Of a stretch of DNA of 64,000 nucleotides, positions 26,301 through 38,940 are shown one piece after another. Both the position numbers and the translations under genes were made by a program. The first letter of the stretch is position 1. The number at the start of each line of letters is the position of its first letter. The DNA comes from Moniliella sp. 'wahieum' (Eukaryota), in NCBI GenBank assembly GCA_003971905.1, contig RSEE01000054.1, positions 124,001 through 188,000 of the forward strand. The letters are read 5' to 3'. A model generated the notes under the pieces. It saw only the letters and a program-made list of their open reading frames with translations, was not told where the DNA came from and made no database searches.

Positions 26301-27495
26301 CAAGGGCGACACGGTCCGATCCAACACGTGGAGCAAGCGGCAGTCCTTCGCCCAGGGACGGGGCAGAGTGGAGGACACCCAAGAGCAGTACGAAGGCTGG
26401 AAGGGACCATCAAGAGTGAAGTGAGGTGCATGCGCTCCACTTGGCTGACCAGACCCCCTCCCACCTCGCCATGGGGGGCGAGCAGGCGCCACGCTTGGCT
26501 CAGGAGCGGGGCAAGCGAAGCGCAGGAAGCGGGCATGCTGTCCAGCTCGAGGTAGGCGCCCAGGATCAGTTCCCGACCATACAACTCATCTTGCTCCCCC
26601 CCGCTCCTGCTCCTGCTCCTCCACTACCTGGGCGACGGAGCCACTGGTGACTTGTCCTGCGGCCTTCATCTTGAGTGTGAGAAGCTTGGACCGTCCTGCT
26701 TGGGTATTGAACTCGCGCGCCGGCTTTATATTCAGTTCTCCATCCCAGACCTGGACTGAAGGCAAAAGTCAGCCCTGTACAGGTCGTAAAGAAAAAACGC
26801 GAGAGGGACGTACGTGCGGTGCGGATGTCTTCGGCATGCTCGTAAGATACGGCCGAGCTAAGGAGAACGATGGTTGGGCGGTACTGCTGCTCCAAGACTG
26901 AGTGAAGAAGTTAGTGCTGATCGCAATGGATGGAGCGTTGACACGCCAAGGCAGCGATGGGGGAAGGCGCATGTACTCATGTTAATCGTGTCTTCTCGCG
27001 GGGAAAGTCGGAGGCGGGAAAGGCGAATTGATCTGGGCCTGTTGTGGGTCCGGAGCAAGACCAAAGTCCGAAGAATGGGCACCAAGAAGGGTATCCGGAA
27101 GCATTGTCAGCGTGCGCGACGCGCCATGCCAGACCGAGGCACCCACAGCGCCTTGCTGGATGGAAAGCGATACAAGCGTCGGCAACTCCACCTCCGGCTG
27201 CTCTTGCTCCTCTTCGTTCGCATCGTCGTCGGAAGGAGTGCATGCTCATGGAAAGCGTCATGGCCCACCTCAACCTCCGTTGCATCCGCATCGCTGTGCC
27301 TCGGCTCCTGAGGACGACGAAGGTCAATACGTTGGAGCCACAAGGGCTGCGAGTCGGATGACGGACTGTCCTGACGAGGGCGAGAGGCGTCCAGGCAATG
27401 GCTGGGGACTGTTCAAGGCGAGATTGGGGGCGATGAGGCGAAGCCGCAGTTGAAGAGCCTTCATGCGAAGGTAGGAAGAGCGGTGTTTGCGGCAT
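23330..27495 (-). CDS. MSH5: MutS homolog 5 (meiotic crossover), multi-intron, frameshifted
   Basis: LDRTVSPLGRSLLRRW; Walker A GGKSMYIKQNALIVY; VPAESVTMGICDK; QSSFLIDMVQVSFALRQATPRSLLLLDEVG; TIIATHY; SHAAHCARLLGVPAEIVARA. Ends approximate. Confidence 0.82.
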
Positions 27496-27585
27496 GGATC
27501 TACTGGATATGTGCTCCGTTGTGGTGGCAGGTAACCTGAAGAAGGAAAAGGCAGCAACACATTTCGACGATGCAGTCTACCATAC

Positions 27586-27685
27586 GGTCGGATGGTCTAG
27601 CTGGTCATGACGTACGCTTCACATCCTGGAGCAACAGGTCTCGTTGAGACGCGTAAGGTCCCCGGTTCGATCCCGGGTTCGATCA
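27586..27685 (+). tRNA. tRNA-Val(CAC) with 26-nt intron (27624-27649)
   Basis: Acceptor GGTCGGA/TTCGATC, anticodon stem TACGC/GCGTA, loop TT-CAC-A^C, T-arm CCCGG-TTCGATC-CCGGG, downstream T-run. Confidence 0.93.
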
Positions 27686-28204
27686 TGTTTTGGCTTTCCA
27701 AACAAGAAATATTGATGTCCGAACTGTGAGTTGTTTTTGACCAGGTTCGCCCGTACCTCCCTTCTCCCTTGGCAACATAGTCGTCACCACTCAATCCACG
27801 AGTCCCATCACTTCTCCATCATGCATCACCTGCGTGGGCGAGAGGGAGCCTGCTTGCACGGGCAACATCACATTAAGGCGCACGGCAAGCTCGGCGTCCT
27901 GAGTTATAGCACACGGGGCCAACTCCAATGCGCTTTCGCGTCCAGGAGAAATGAAGACAAACGTCCCTGCTACCAGTCAGATCAACGTTCAACGATCTAC
28001 TTGTTTCCCGCCCCCCAAGAAGGGTTTCCACCAATACAGGCACATCGACGGCAAGTACATAAATGAAGTGTGTCATCAACAAGGAATGGGCCGAGCCCAG
28101 GGGGATTACTGGGCACTACAGCAAGGCCAAGGGGTGGGGAATAGATATGCAAAGAGTGAGAGAGAGTTATGCGGCGTCCTTTTGTCCGAAAGCGTACGCT
28201 CAAC

Positions 28205-31120
28205 TTATGCGTTCAAAGCAGGCGAGGCGGAGGGTTGGGCGGCGGTAGCTAGCTGCAGTTGGGGTTCAGTGCCTTCACCCGAGGGAAGGATGAGTTCCCT
28301 TCGGAGTCCTCTGCGAGGGGGAGGGCGTCTTCCGGGTCGGCGGCCGCGGCAGCCTCGACGGCACTGGCCAATCGAGGTGGAAGAGCGGGGTGAGATCGTT
28401 GTCCCAGACAATGGGGACTTGGACTTCGCCCTCGTCCTCGTCCTCTTCGTCCTCCTCGATGTCGCGCGGGAGTTGAGCAATGGCATCCGCGTCGGTGTGG
28501 GCAGGGTCGGAGGCCAGGTCGGCCTCGAGATCGGCCTGCTTCCTCTGGGCGGCCGATAACTTAGGTACTCGTCGTCCGAGTACTGGTCCCCATCGAGGTG
28601 GAACAGGCTCGAGTCGGGGGGTGGGCGCTGGTTGGCCCGTCGGAAGGCACGGTCGCGCAGGGCCATGATCCGTGCAATGCCCTTTTTGCGTCGCCGGTCT
28701 TCATCCGCGCGTCGTTGTGGCTCTTCTGCCAGCGCGACCGGCGTCGCATTGGGCACGACGGGAGCCACCTCGACCACGTGCTTGCGGGCCATGCCCGTGC
28801 CAAAGCCGCCGGCCAAGAGAGCGCGGCGAATCCAGGGGGACAAAATGTTGGCAAAGTGAAACTCAATGGGCGCGTCGGCGTAGATCTCGACGGTCCTTCG
28901 TACGTCGACCAAGGCCTGAATGGAGGTGGTATCCACATTGCCCACACACGAAAAGTCAAACACAAACGCGCGTAGCAACGGGCGCGAATCGGCCGGGGTA
29001 TCCGTCCGGTTTTCCTCGGCAATCTTCTGATCAATCTCGGCCTTTTGTGTCCAGTGAGGAATCCGGTCGCACGACGCAGCCAAGGCTGCATCGGGCCCGG
29101 GTTATTCCACGGACGGTCGGAACGGGACGCATAGTTGGGCGGTTTGCCAGGACGGGTTAGCAGCTTGGCCCGCTCAATCAGCCCATCCGAAAGGTGAGAA
29201 GCGTTAGGGTAGAGGTACGCTTCTTCGAAGCGGTACACCAGGACACCGGGTGGAGGGGGCTCGACATGCACCGACGGGTCCCGCAACGCATCCTTCGAAT
29301 CCAGCGGAACAAACACAACTCGTTCATCGGGACGGCCACCATCGTGCGAAGAGCGCCGCGAACGGTACGACCACGCCCCGGAACCAGTGACGGTGGTGCG
29401 AGAGCGGGTAAAGGCCGACCGGTTGTCGCCGTGGGAAACACGCACCATGCCGAGCCAGCGGCCGCGAGGACGGGCAATTCGGATCAAGAGCAGCGCTGCC
29501 GAAGCAGCAACCGAAGTGTACACACCATTGTCCACCGAGGTGAAGACGGTAACATGACCATGACCGAGGCGAACCAGATGACCAACTCGAGTGGGCTCAT
29601 GAGCCAGTAGCGGTACAGCGTGGCCGGGGACGTGATCAGGTCGCCAACGGCATGGATGATGACGGCACTCAGGGCCGCATTGGGAATCCACTGCATCACG
29701 CCCGTCAGACCGTAGATGGCAATCAGAACCCCAATGCCCGTGATCCAGCCAGCGACGGGCGTCTTGACACCCGACTTTGCCTTGATGGCCGAGCGGCTGA
29801 AACTGCCCGTGGCAGCGTACGCACCAAAGAAGGGACTAAACACATTGGTGACACCAATGGCGATCAGCTCTTGGGAAGGCACAACAGTGTAGTTGTTGAT
29901 GCGACCAAAGGATTTGGCAATCGAAATGTGTTCGAGGAGGAGAACAATGATCGACACGGGGAGCTTGCTTCCAAGTTTGCCCAAGAGGCGGTGTCCAGGT
30001 TGGGCTTGCCCATATCTTTGAATCCACGAGGAATGGGCCCGAGCAGCGAGATGGGCAGTTTCTTTTCGTGGTCGTTGCCAAGCCAAATACGAGCAGCAAC
30101 GAGGAGAACAATGATCACAAAGGCATTCCGAAGGATGGTGCAGAAAAAGGAGAAGCGGGCCATGTGGGGGTAACGGGTGGGGCCACTTGAAGAACCAACG
30201 GATAAAGTACAGCATGAACAAGGCTGGCAGGCCAAACGCTGCGTCCAAAGTGGTGTCACCCAAATGTTTGAGCGTCTCGATTACGATACGGTAGCACGGA
30301 AGCCTATTGGTGGACAGCTGAGATGCCCATCAGCTTGGGCACCTGCCCAATGCCAATGGTCAGAGCTGAGCCCGTCATAAATCCGGCAATAGCGGTACTG
30401 GGGATATAGTCGATGATCCACCCGAGGCGGCACACCGAGGCCGAGGGTGACCACGCCGCAGATGAAGGCAAGAGCCGAGGCAATCTCCTGCGGCGACCAT
30501 TCATCGGTTTGGTGCAGTACATGCTGGATAACAGAGTGAGTTTCGAGCGACATGACAGCAACGGGGCCAATGGTCACATCCTTGGCCGTAGCAAAGAGGG
30601 CGTAGATCATGACTCCGACAAACGAGGTGTAAAGACCGAATTGGGACTCGAGGCCAGCCACGGCGGCGTAACTGACACTTTGGGGGACGAGGACAAGGCA
30701 GACAGTGATGCCGGCAATCATGTCGCCGGTGAACCAGTTCAAGTTGTACGAGCCAAGCCAGTGGCGAATAGGAAAGAGTGAGTCGAGATATTCGGTCGCC
30801 TGAAAGAAAAGTCAGCAATGTGAGGAGGAGGAAACAGAACGACTGCGTTACACACCATCGCGCCGGGGTTAGAAAAAACATCGCGGAACCAGTCGTTGAC
30901 AGAGACGGTCTGGACGCCGAGGCGGTGGTACTCGAGACCGTCGTAGTCGACGATTTTCTTGCCAACCTTGAGGGCGGCGTCGCGCAGGCGGCGGGAGCGA
31001 CTGGAGGGCGCGTCGGCGGGTGGAGCAGCAGCGAAGTGGCGCTGGCGCGCCTCCTGCTGGACGCGGGGACGTCTGCGTCTGCGTATGCGTCTCCGCGAAT
31101 CCCTTGGACTCGAGCGACAT
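28205..31120 (-). CDS. Sulfate permease, SulP/SLC26 family, with STAS domain
   Basis: GDMIAGITVCLVLVPQSVSYA, FGLYTSFVGVMIYALFATAKDVTIGPVAVMSL, LLEHISIAKSFGRINNY, ATGSFSRSAIKAKSGV, FDFSCVGNVDTTSIQALVD; short intron near 30800-30853. Confidence 0.93.
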
Positions 31121-32035
31121 GGCAGGCAGAAGAGGAAGGGGGTGGCAGGAGAAGAGACAGGAGTAGTGGAGGTGATGGTGGAGGGTATAAAACGCAGAGC
31201 AGCCTCGAATTCTGCGGTTGTCCTCAGTGGTTTCTTCGGCCGACAGGGGGGCGAGAACGGTGAGACGGGAGCGCGAGGGCGGGGGCGTCTGAGTACTCAG
31301 GTACTCAGACAGACTGCTGAGGCGCTCAGGCGAGAGTGGAGTGGTGTTGGCAGCGATGAGGAAAGCCAAGCCCACCTCTTCCGAAGACGCCCATCCGGCC
31401 ATCATTTTTGAGCGCCCGCGCCACGCCGCAGGCTGCATCAGCGGGCAGGGCGGGACCAAGTCTGGATCGCTCGTGCCTGGGTTTGCGGCCGCGGCTGAGG
31501 CGCTGGGCATGCCGTCGTGGTTGCCGTTGAGCCCAATTGCGTCTTGTCCAACACCGCCGAGCACGCCATGCCCCCCCCTGGTGGCCAATTCCCCCCTCAT
31601 TCCGCCCAACGCCGCCGTCGGAAGCGATTGCGCGATGCGAGCGGCCTATCTCCGCTGCTCAGACACAACTGTCTCGAAAAATAACTCGAAACCCGCCACT
31701 GCGGCTACCTCATCGCAATTCTGGGCTGGGCCACCACCCAATCGATCACCATTCTCATCTCCGCTCGACGTCCACCCCAGCATGGGGCAGCACAAGCCCT
31801 TCAACAACCAACATGGCTTCTCGCAACTGGGAACTGACATGTGATGCATGTGACAAAAGATGCTGGAACCTGCTTGCTTGGTGCCATCGAGAGCTGCTCC
31901 TGCCAATCTCAGCGATTTTTCTTTGGGCTGTCGACTATCCGGTCGATGACCAATCGGGCCGTAATTAATCGACTAGCAGGTAAAACAGGGAGAAACGTCC
32001 CCACCAGATTGCAGCTACTGAGAGAAAATAACCGT

Positions 32036-32127
32036 GGGTTCGTGGTGTAGTGGTATCATGCCTCTTTAGGGTCAGCGCATGTGCTTTCTCGTAGAGGTGG
32101 TCCTCGGTTCGATCCCGGGCGGACCCC
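32036..32127 (+). tRNA. tRNA-Pro(AGG) with 20-nt intron (32072-32091)
   Basis: Acceptor GGGTTCG/CGGACCC, C73, anticodon stem CCTCT/AGAGG, loop TT-AGG-G^T, T-loop TTCGATC, T5 terminator. Confidence 0.92.
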
Positions 32128-32867
32128 ATTTTTGCCTTTTAGTTTCCTTTGTCTGCCTCTGGTTCTAGTTATCACTCGTTTTCAGGACCAACATTGCCCT
32201 CTCATGCATGCCATCGTCTCGTCAAACCACCCTTTGGTGTCGCGCGTCATCGAAACCGACGGAACCGATGACGCGGACTGCGTGCTTTCTCTAATAAACA
32301 AAGGGTGTGATGGACAGACAGGACAAAAGCCCGCGGGTCTGGACCAGCATTTTGGCAAAAGTTCACTAGTTCTCACTCCGCAGTGGAAGAGGAAAACCCC
32401 ACCACCACAATCAAAGTGCATGAATGCAACAAGACGCGACCCATACTACTAACCGTCGGGCCCCACGCATGTCCGCATTTTGCACTCCAGCCAGCACAGG
32501 CCAACACCCTGTGCAGGCGACCAAATCCGCTGGGGCGGTCGGTCTATAACACACTCGTTTTCGTTAGCATTGGCGCCCATGCGCTGTGCCTTTCCATCCC
32601 CCGAGGTAACACAAGGGGAAAGGGGCACAGACACCACACCTCTGTCTGGGGCACCGAGTCACCCAGAGGAAAGCGTAATCGGTTTCATTTCTCTTCTTTC
32701 AAACAATAGCTATGTGTAGGGGAAAGAGAAGACTCGAGAGCGACGCAAGCGCACCAGGAAAACTAGGAGGAAAGTATGTAGTCAATGGCATCGTTCGATG
32801 GGCTCGATGGGACAGAGGAGAAAAGTATCGAAGGGGAAGAGAGCAGGAAAAGGGGAGTTGGGTTTTG

Positions 32868-34704
32868 TTAGCGTTCGTGATCGATCGTGACCGTCGTAGT
32901 CAAGCATCCGCCAAAGAGGGGGTATATACCAGAGACGGAAGGGAAAGAGAAACAGTGGAGGGGCTTGGCGCACACCTGCCGAACCAAAGTATATACCGTC
33001 AGGCACACCTCAGGCATATCATGCGCCCCACCCCCAAATGGACGGATATATTCCTCCATCATCAGGCACACACTTTCAGGCACGCATTTCTCCATCATCG
33101 ACATCATAAGGAGCTCAATAAGCTGCAGCGTCATCGTGTCATCAGGCAATTTACAGGCCGCAATGTCCTCTCAACGGTTCGTTTTTTAGGGACAGCTAGA
33201 GGAGGGGAGGGATAAAGTACACATATGCACCGCCCTACCGGTCGGGAGGGAAGAAAGAAAAAAGTACGGAGCCGGGTGAACTGAGAGGCTGAACAGGTGG
33301 GGCCCTACTGGGGCCCAATCCAGCTGCACTTGTCTCGAGGCTCAGGAACACGAGTGTCTGCCCGCTCAAGGGGGACAGTATGGGGGTTGGGGTTCGGAAC
33401 AGCCTGGCAACCTTCCTCCACCATACCAAGGTGGCTGAGTAAGCCGCCGTGGTTTCGACGCCTGAACAGGGAGACGTACCAGAGCGCGAACGGGCAAGAG
33501 GGCCGAGGCACAGTGCCGCGGCCTGGTCCAGGTGGTAGTGAGCAAGGCCGCACCGACTCGCTGCACGTTCAAGGCAGGCAAGACGCCGCGTCGAGGCGGG
33601 TTGAGAACGAGGGCGAGCAGGTCTTGGGAGAGGTACGCAGTCATAGGGCGAGCGGGTTGGTGGGATCGACGACCGTGGCGGCCCATACGTTTTTCTACGC
33701 CCTCGCATCCCTCAGGGCAAGGTGAGGAAGGGTAAAGAGGCGAGGCTCGCTGTGGTGGGCTTGGGCGGGGTCGGGCAGCAAGAGTAGGATGGGTGCGGTA
33801 TAATGAGGTGTGGCCCATAGGATGGTGTGGTTCGCCAGGGCTATGGCGCAGCGGGCTGCGTTGGCACTGTAGCGCAGGTGGAGTCGGAAGAGAACAGACT
33901 CTCGAGGCTGGAGAAGGGAGAAGAACGGGAAGAGGCGTCTCTGTGTTGAGACGGAAACTCTGAATCCAAGGTGGCATCTTCGAAGGAACGACGAGAGTGG
34001 ACGCCTGAGGGACGCGGGGGTGACATGGTGAATGGTAGGCTGAGTGATTGGGTCGGTGAGGAAGACGCGGTAGTCGCGCAGAACAAAGACGCCCTTGGTT
34101 CCAGCGGAAAGGAGCGTTCCGTCTGATGGGGAGAGAGCCAAACGACAGTCGTGTCTGCCAACGTATCTTCCATTTCTTCGTCCGAATAGGGAATACAGGG
34201 GAGAGGTTGCAGTCTCCGACTGTCAGGGTGCTCATTGGGCACATCCATGGCCATTAGTACAGTTGCTTTTGGTTCGGAAGAATTTGCAAAGGAAAGCCGG
34301 CCTGTACGTGAACTCCACAAGGGAGTCATTGTCCATCGAAATAGCTACCGTGTTTCCCAGCCAAGCCCCTCGCCCCCGAATGGTTCCCCAGCGCTTGAAG
34401 GAAACAAAGAGAAGACCAGTGTGGACATCAAATGCGAGAGCTTGAGGAAAACATTCTGCCTGCTCTATCGTGTAAGTCGCTGCTCCTTACATTAATTCAC
34501 AAAACGAGGGGCTGTTGGTCAACGGGATGGGTAAGAGAGTGAGAGAAGAAGAAGAACGTGTGGGAAGCAGCCCCATGGCTGGACCTGTTTTTTCACCGCT
34601 TCGGTTAGGTCGACCGACTCGACATAGGTCTTCGTATCTACATTGTATACCACGACTTCGACTGACCACTCGTCCATGTCACTCATAGAAATGCTGCATG
34701 TCAC
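32868..34704 (-). CDS. Orphan hypothetical protein with a CCCH zinc finger (frameshifted or degenerate)
   Basis: 34228-34288 reads CKFFRTKSNCTNGHGC(+1 nt)PNEH = CX8CX5CX3H; flanking protein-like ORF pieces on the same strand. Confidence 0.45.
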
Positions 34705-35898
34705 ACGGGTATACTAATGTACTGATGGTCGATCCAACCTCCTTTCCCCCCGACCTGCTCGCTGGTTGACTCAGGGCCCACATCCAGCAGCCGTTGGCCT
34801 TATCTGGGGCCGCCACGGGCGGGAATAGCGGTGGCGACCTGCCGTGCGCTATAGGCACCAGTGGCAACGGTCCATCTCAGAAAAAGTAACAGAGATACGA
34901 GGCCCTTCTTGGGGGGGGATATCACTACGCCAAGGGCGCCTCAGGGGCGAACTAATGTTTAAGTCCATACTCTCCGCCTTTTCACGCACTCTTAAGATCT
35001 AACAGGCCATTGTACACACTCTGCATGGCGTGGCGACGGGAGGGGTGCTTGGTGGCACCATTCGCCGGCTTGACGTGTTATATCATGTTTTGACATCGTG
35101 GATTATAGGGAGACATCGTCTACTGCGGGATAGCAGTAGGAAACAGAACCTGGTATAATTGTGGTTCTCCCCGCTCCCCTATACGAAAGAGGGACGGGTT
35201 GGATTGACAACGTTGACATATATTGACTGTGTTGAGCCATCGGGTGGCTCGTGCTTTGGCCACAATGTCCCTTCAGTTCCTCCTCATGCCTGGGAGTTCT
35301 GTTTTTTCTCCTGTTTTTCCTTGTTCAGCAGCTTATAGCCCCTGGTGGCGACTCGCTGCTTGATGTTCCTCTGTAGGCGTTGCTGGTTGGCTTAGACCAC
35401 CACCACCACCAGTGCGATTGCATCACCCTCGAGGACCATCTGGACTCCAGAGGTCTCATCAGATTGTCCTTTTACACAAAACAGCTGTTGTTGTGTGCAT
35501 TGAACCTATATCGTATTCGCAGGCATCTGCTGTTTGTGGTCCTTGAAATATCGAACTCAGAGTTATTCGGGCTGAGGCGCTGAGGCCTGGGGACTGCATT
35601 CATGCATGTGGCATTCCAAATAAGCTTAAATAGGAAGAGGGACACCTGAGTACCGTTCAAACCGCACTCCGCGGAGGCTCTAGAACGAGCGTGGCGGACT
35701 TCTGTTTGCTGTTGGGGTAGAAGCAGGCATCTGCGCAGCGTACCAGGCTCATCACTTTTGCACCATCTCCACTTAGGCGCTTCTAGCTGAGCTGGATATG
35801 ACGGCAATTACGGTGGGACGAAGATCCAATCTGAAAGATCAATGGGATCGCTCCATTGGAGTTGGCCTTAAATTATCTTCCACCGAGAAGGATATCAA

Positions 35899-35993
35899 GC
35901 TTCAATGGGTTAGTGGTATACTACATCGTTGCCAGACAGCCCTAGTGCCTGTGAGACATCGATGTGACAGGGGTTCGATTCCCCTTTGAAGCA
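35899..35993 (+). tRNA. tRNA-Gly(GCC) with 24-nt intron (35935-35958)
   Basis: Acceptor GCTTCAA/TTGAAGC, anticodon stem CATCG/CGATG, loop TT-GCC-A^T, T-arm AGGGG-TTCGATT-CCCCT. Confidence 0.93.
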
Positions 35994-36222
35994 TTTTGCT
36001 CTTTTTTTCTGTCGAGGCAGGCAGGAGAGCAAGCATGTTGCATCCTCGCGGCTAGCGCGAGGCGGGCTACGTGGAAATGGTCCCCTTTGGCTTGAATCGC
36101 GCGTCCTCTTTCCTCCACTTTCCCTATCCCATATCGACCACACACCGCCGTTAGCAAGATCAGGAGGTAAGATGGAAAGGCATGCGATTGACGTGGCGGG
36201 ATGCGATACGATGCGATGCGCA

Positions 36223-38514
36223 TCAAATGTCCAGCACGTTCTCCAGCCCCTGGTTCTGGGACAGACGCAGCATGGCCTGCAGCGTGTCCTCCAACGAGTG
36301 TGCCACCTCCTTGCCGTTGGCACGCACGTTGACCGCCTTGGTCTCCGCCTCGCGCGCACCGACGACCAGGATGAAGTTGTATTGTGCCTTTTCGGCATTG
36401 AAGATCTCTTCTTAAGCGTGTTGTCGGTCACGTCGACATCGGCATAAAACTTGCCCTCGTCATGCAGCTTGTCGGCCACTTGCTGCGCATACGCATAGTT
36501 GTCCACCGACACAGGCACCACCATCACCTGCCGTGGACTGAGCCAGAAGGGCCACTTGCCCGCAAGTGCTCGGTGAGGATCGCAATGAAGCGCTCGAGCG
36601 AGCCGAGGATGGCACGGTGGATCATGACGGGCCGATCAAAGTTGCCGCCGTCGAGGGTGCCTTGGCCGGGAGCGCGCGGAACTTGAGGTCAAACCGGTTG
36701 GGCAGGTTGAAGTCGAGTTGGATCGTGGCGCACTGGAACTCGCGGCCCATGGCATCCTTGATCTCAATGTCAATCTTGGGGCCGAAAACGCGCCATCGCC
36801 CTCGTTCACCACCCACTGGTTCGGCACAAACTTGTCCAGCGCCGACTTAAGCCGTGCCTCGGCCGCGTCCCACACCGCAGCTCCCCAATGTACTTCTCGG
36901 GACGGGTCGACAGGCCGAGCTTGAACGAGAAGCCAAACTTGCCATAAATGTTCTCGAGGAAGGCAAAGCAGTTGGCCATCTCCTCTCAATCTGAGACGCC
37001 ATGCAGAAAATGTGCGCGTCGTCTTGCACAAAGCGCCGGACACGCGTCAGGCCACTCAACGCACCCGATGCCTCGTTCCGGTGGATCACACCAAACTCGG
37101 CCAGACGCAGGGGCAGCTCGCGGTACGAACGGTCGCGATGCGCGTACACCAAGCAGTGACCCGGGCAGTTCATCGGTTTGAGCGCAAACGTCTCCTTCTC
37201 CACTGGCAGCGTAAACATATCGTCCTTGTAGTTGGCCCAGTGACCCGACGTCTCCCACAGCTTGGCGTTAAACATGTTGGGGGTGCCAACCTCGGTGAAG
37301 CCGCGCTTTTGGTACTCCTGCTTCATCAGCGTCATCAGTTCTCGTAGATCCGCGCTCCGTGCGGCAACCAGAACGCTGAGCCAGGACTCATGTCGTGGAA
37401 GAAGAAAAGCTCTTGCTCCTTGCCAATCTTGCGGTGGTCCCGCTTGGCTGCCTCTTCGAGCCATTTCTTGTATTCCTTCATGCGCGCATTGTCAGGGAAC
37501 GAGATACCGTACAGCCGTTGGAGCGAGTCGTTGTTCTGGTCTCCGAGGAAGTACGACGCCGAGTTCTCAGCACGACAGAGCCTTGATGCGTCCCGTATGG
37601 GGGATGTGCGGTCCGACACACAGATCGATCATGGGGCCGCAGCGGTAGACGGTGGGGAAGTACCATCGGGGATTTGTCCTTGATGATGTGCTGCTTGTTG
37701 TGTACGCAAACATCTCCAGTAGTTTTTCCTTGGGCAACACCACCCGCTCAAATGCCTGTTTCTCCTTGATTGCCTTGGTCGTCAGCTTCTCCAACGCGGG
37801 GAAGTCTTCCTGGCGGGTCACGCGGCCCGATTCGGCCGAGTCGCCCATGGCCATTTCAAGAAAAAGCCATCGTCGGTCGGAGGGCCAATGCAGAGGTGGC
37901 AGCCATACAGCAGTTCCGCCGCCTCACCCAAAACGTGAGCAGACGAGTGCCAAAACACACGTTTTCCCTCTGGATGATCAAAGTCGAGCAGCTCGAGCGA
38001 CGCAGGCCCTTCAAACGGACGTTCCAAGTCCCACAGTTGCCCATCCACTTTGGCAATCACAATCTTCTCCGACAAGGACTTGGAGATTTGCTTGGCAATG
38101 TCCATTGGGCTCGTCTCCATGCCGTAGCACCCGGCTGCTCCCATCCGGAAGCGTCACGACAATCTCCTTGCGCGGCTGGGCAGCGACATACGCATCGCGC
38201 TCGGCCTTGGCCTTTTCAAAGAGCTCGATGCGCTTGTCGAGGTACGAAGGGTGGACCGGTTGGGCCTGCGACGGGAAGCGGTGTGTGAGCAGGGGAAGAA
38301 ATGGAGCAGAGGAGAAACCAACTTACCTCGGGCAGCGCCTCCTTGTCCTTCTTCTTGCCCTCCTTCTTGGGCTTGGGCGCCTTCTTGGCAGCGTCCGGGG
38401 CGGCGGGGGTGTTGGATTGGCAAGGCCGAGTTTGTCGCCAACATTCTTGGCCAGGTCGGCGACCTGGGCAGCCGCAGCTGCGGGGGCCGATGGCGCGGGC
38501 TCAGGCGCAGACAT
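36223..38514 (-). CDS. THS1: Threonyl-tRNA synthetase
   Basis: TGS domain ([14 protein letters not shown]), [84 protein letters not shown]; intron near 38269-38326. Confidence 0.96.
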
Positions 38515-38610
38515 GGTGGTGGGGATGGGGATGGAGGGTGGTGGGGATGGGCTACACCACAAGCAAAGCCAGGGCTGATGTCGTCGAGCCATTGGTTGTT
38601 CCTGCCGCTC

Positions 38611-38617
38611 TGAGTCA
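38611..38617 (-). promoter_or_regulatory. Gcn4/CPC-1-type element TGACTCA upstream of ThrRS
   Basis: Exact consensus ~97 bp upstream of the ATG; GTCACGTG at 38675-38682. Confidence 0.55.
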
Positions 38618-38940
38618 CGCGGAAATTCCATTCCGCCTGTTCCGCTGACAAGTCGGGGCCGAGGCAGCGTGCGGCACGTGACATGTGTTTCAGGGCCTGG
38701 TTATCAGTACCAGGGTGCAGTTACAAAAGTTGGTCGTTGTGCCTGGGGGGTTGGCCGCGCCGGTTGGGTGCTTTCGTCCTGTAGATGTCGTCCTCCTTGG
38801 CAAGGACAACAAGAATGCATTGGGAGCGCATCGGCAGGATAACAAGATGGAAATGGTGTATGCAAGCAGATCGTGCAGCCTAGTCGCTTTTCATCGACAG
38901 GCACAACACTGCGTGTGACCCAGCGAAGCTTTTCAACGCT

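Noticed and set aside
27586..35993. Unusual or recoded tRNAs
   Set aside because: All three have standard anticodons, canonical 37/38 introns and the expected discriminator bases. No sign of a non-standard genetic code.
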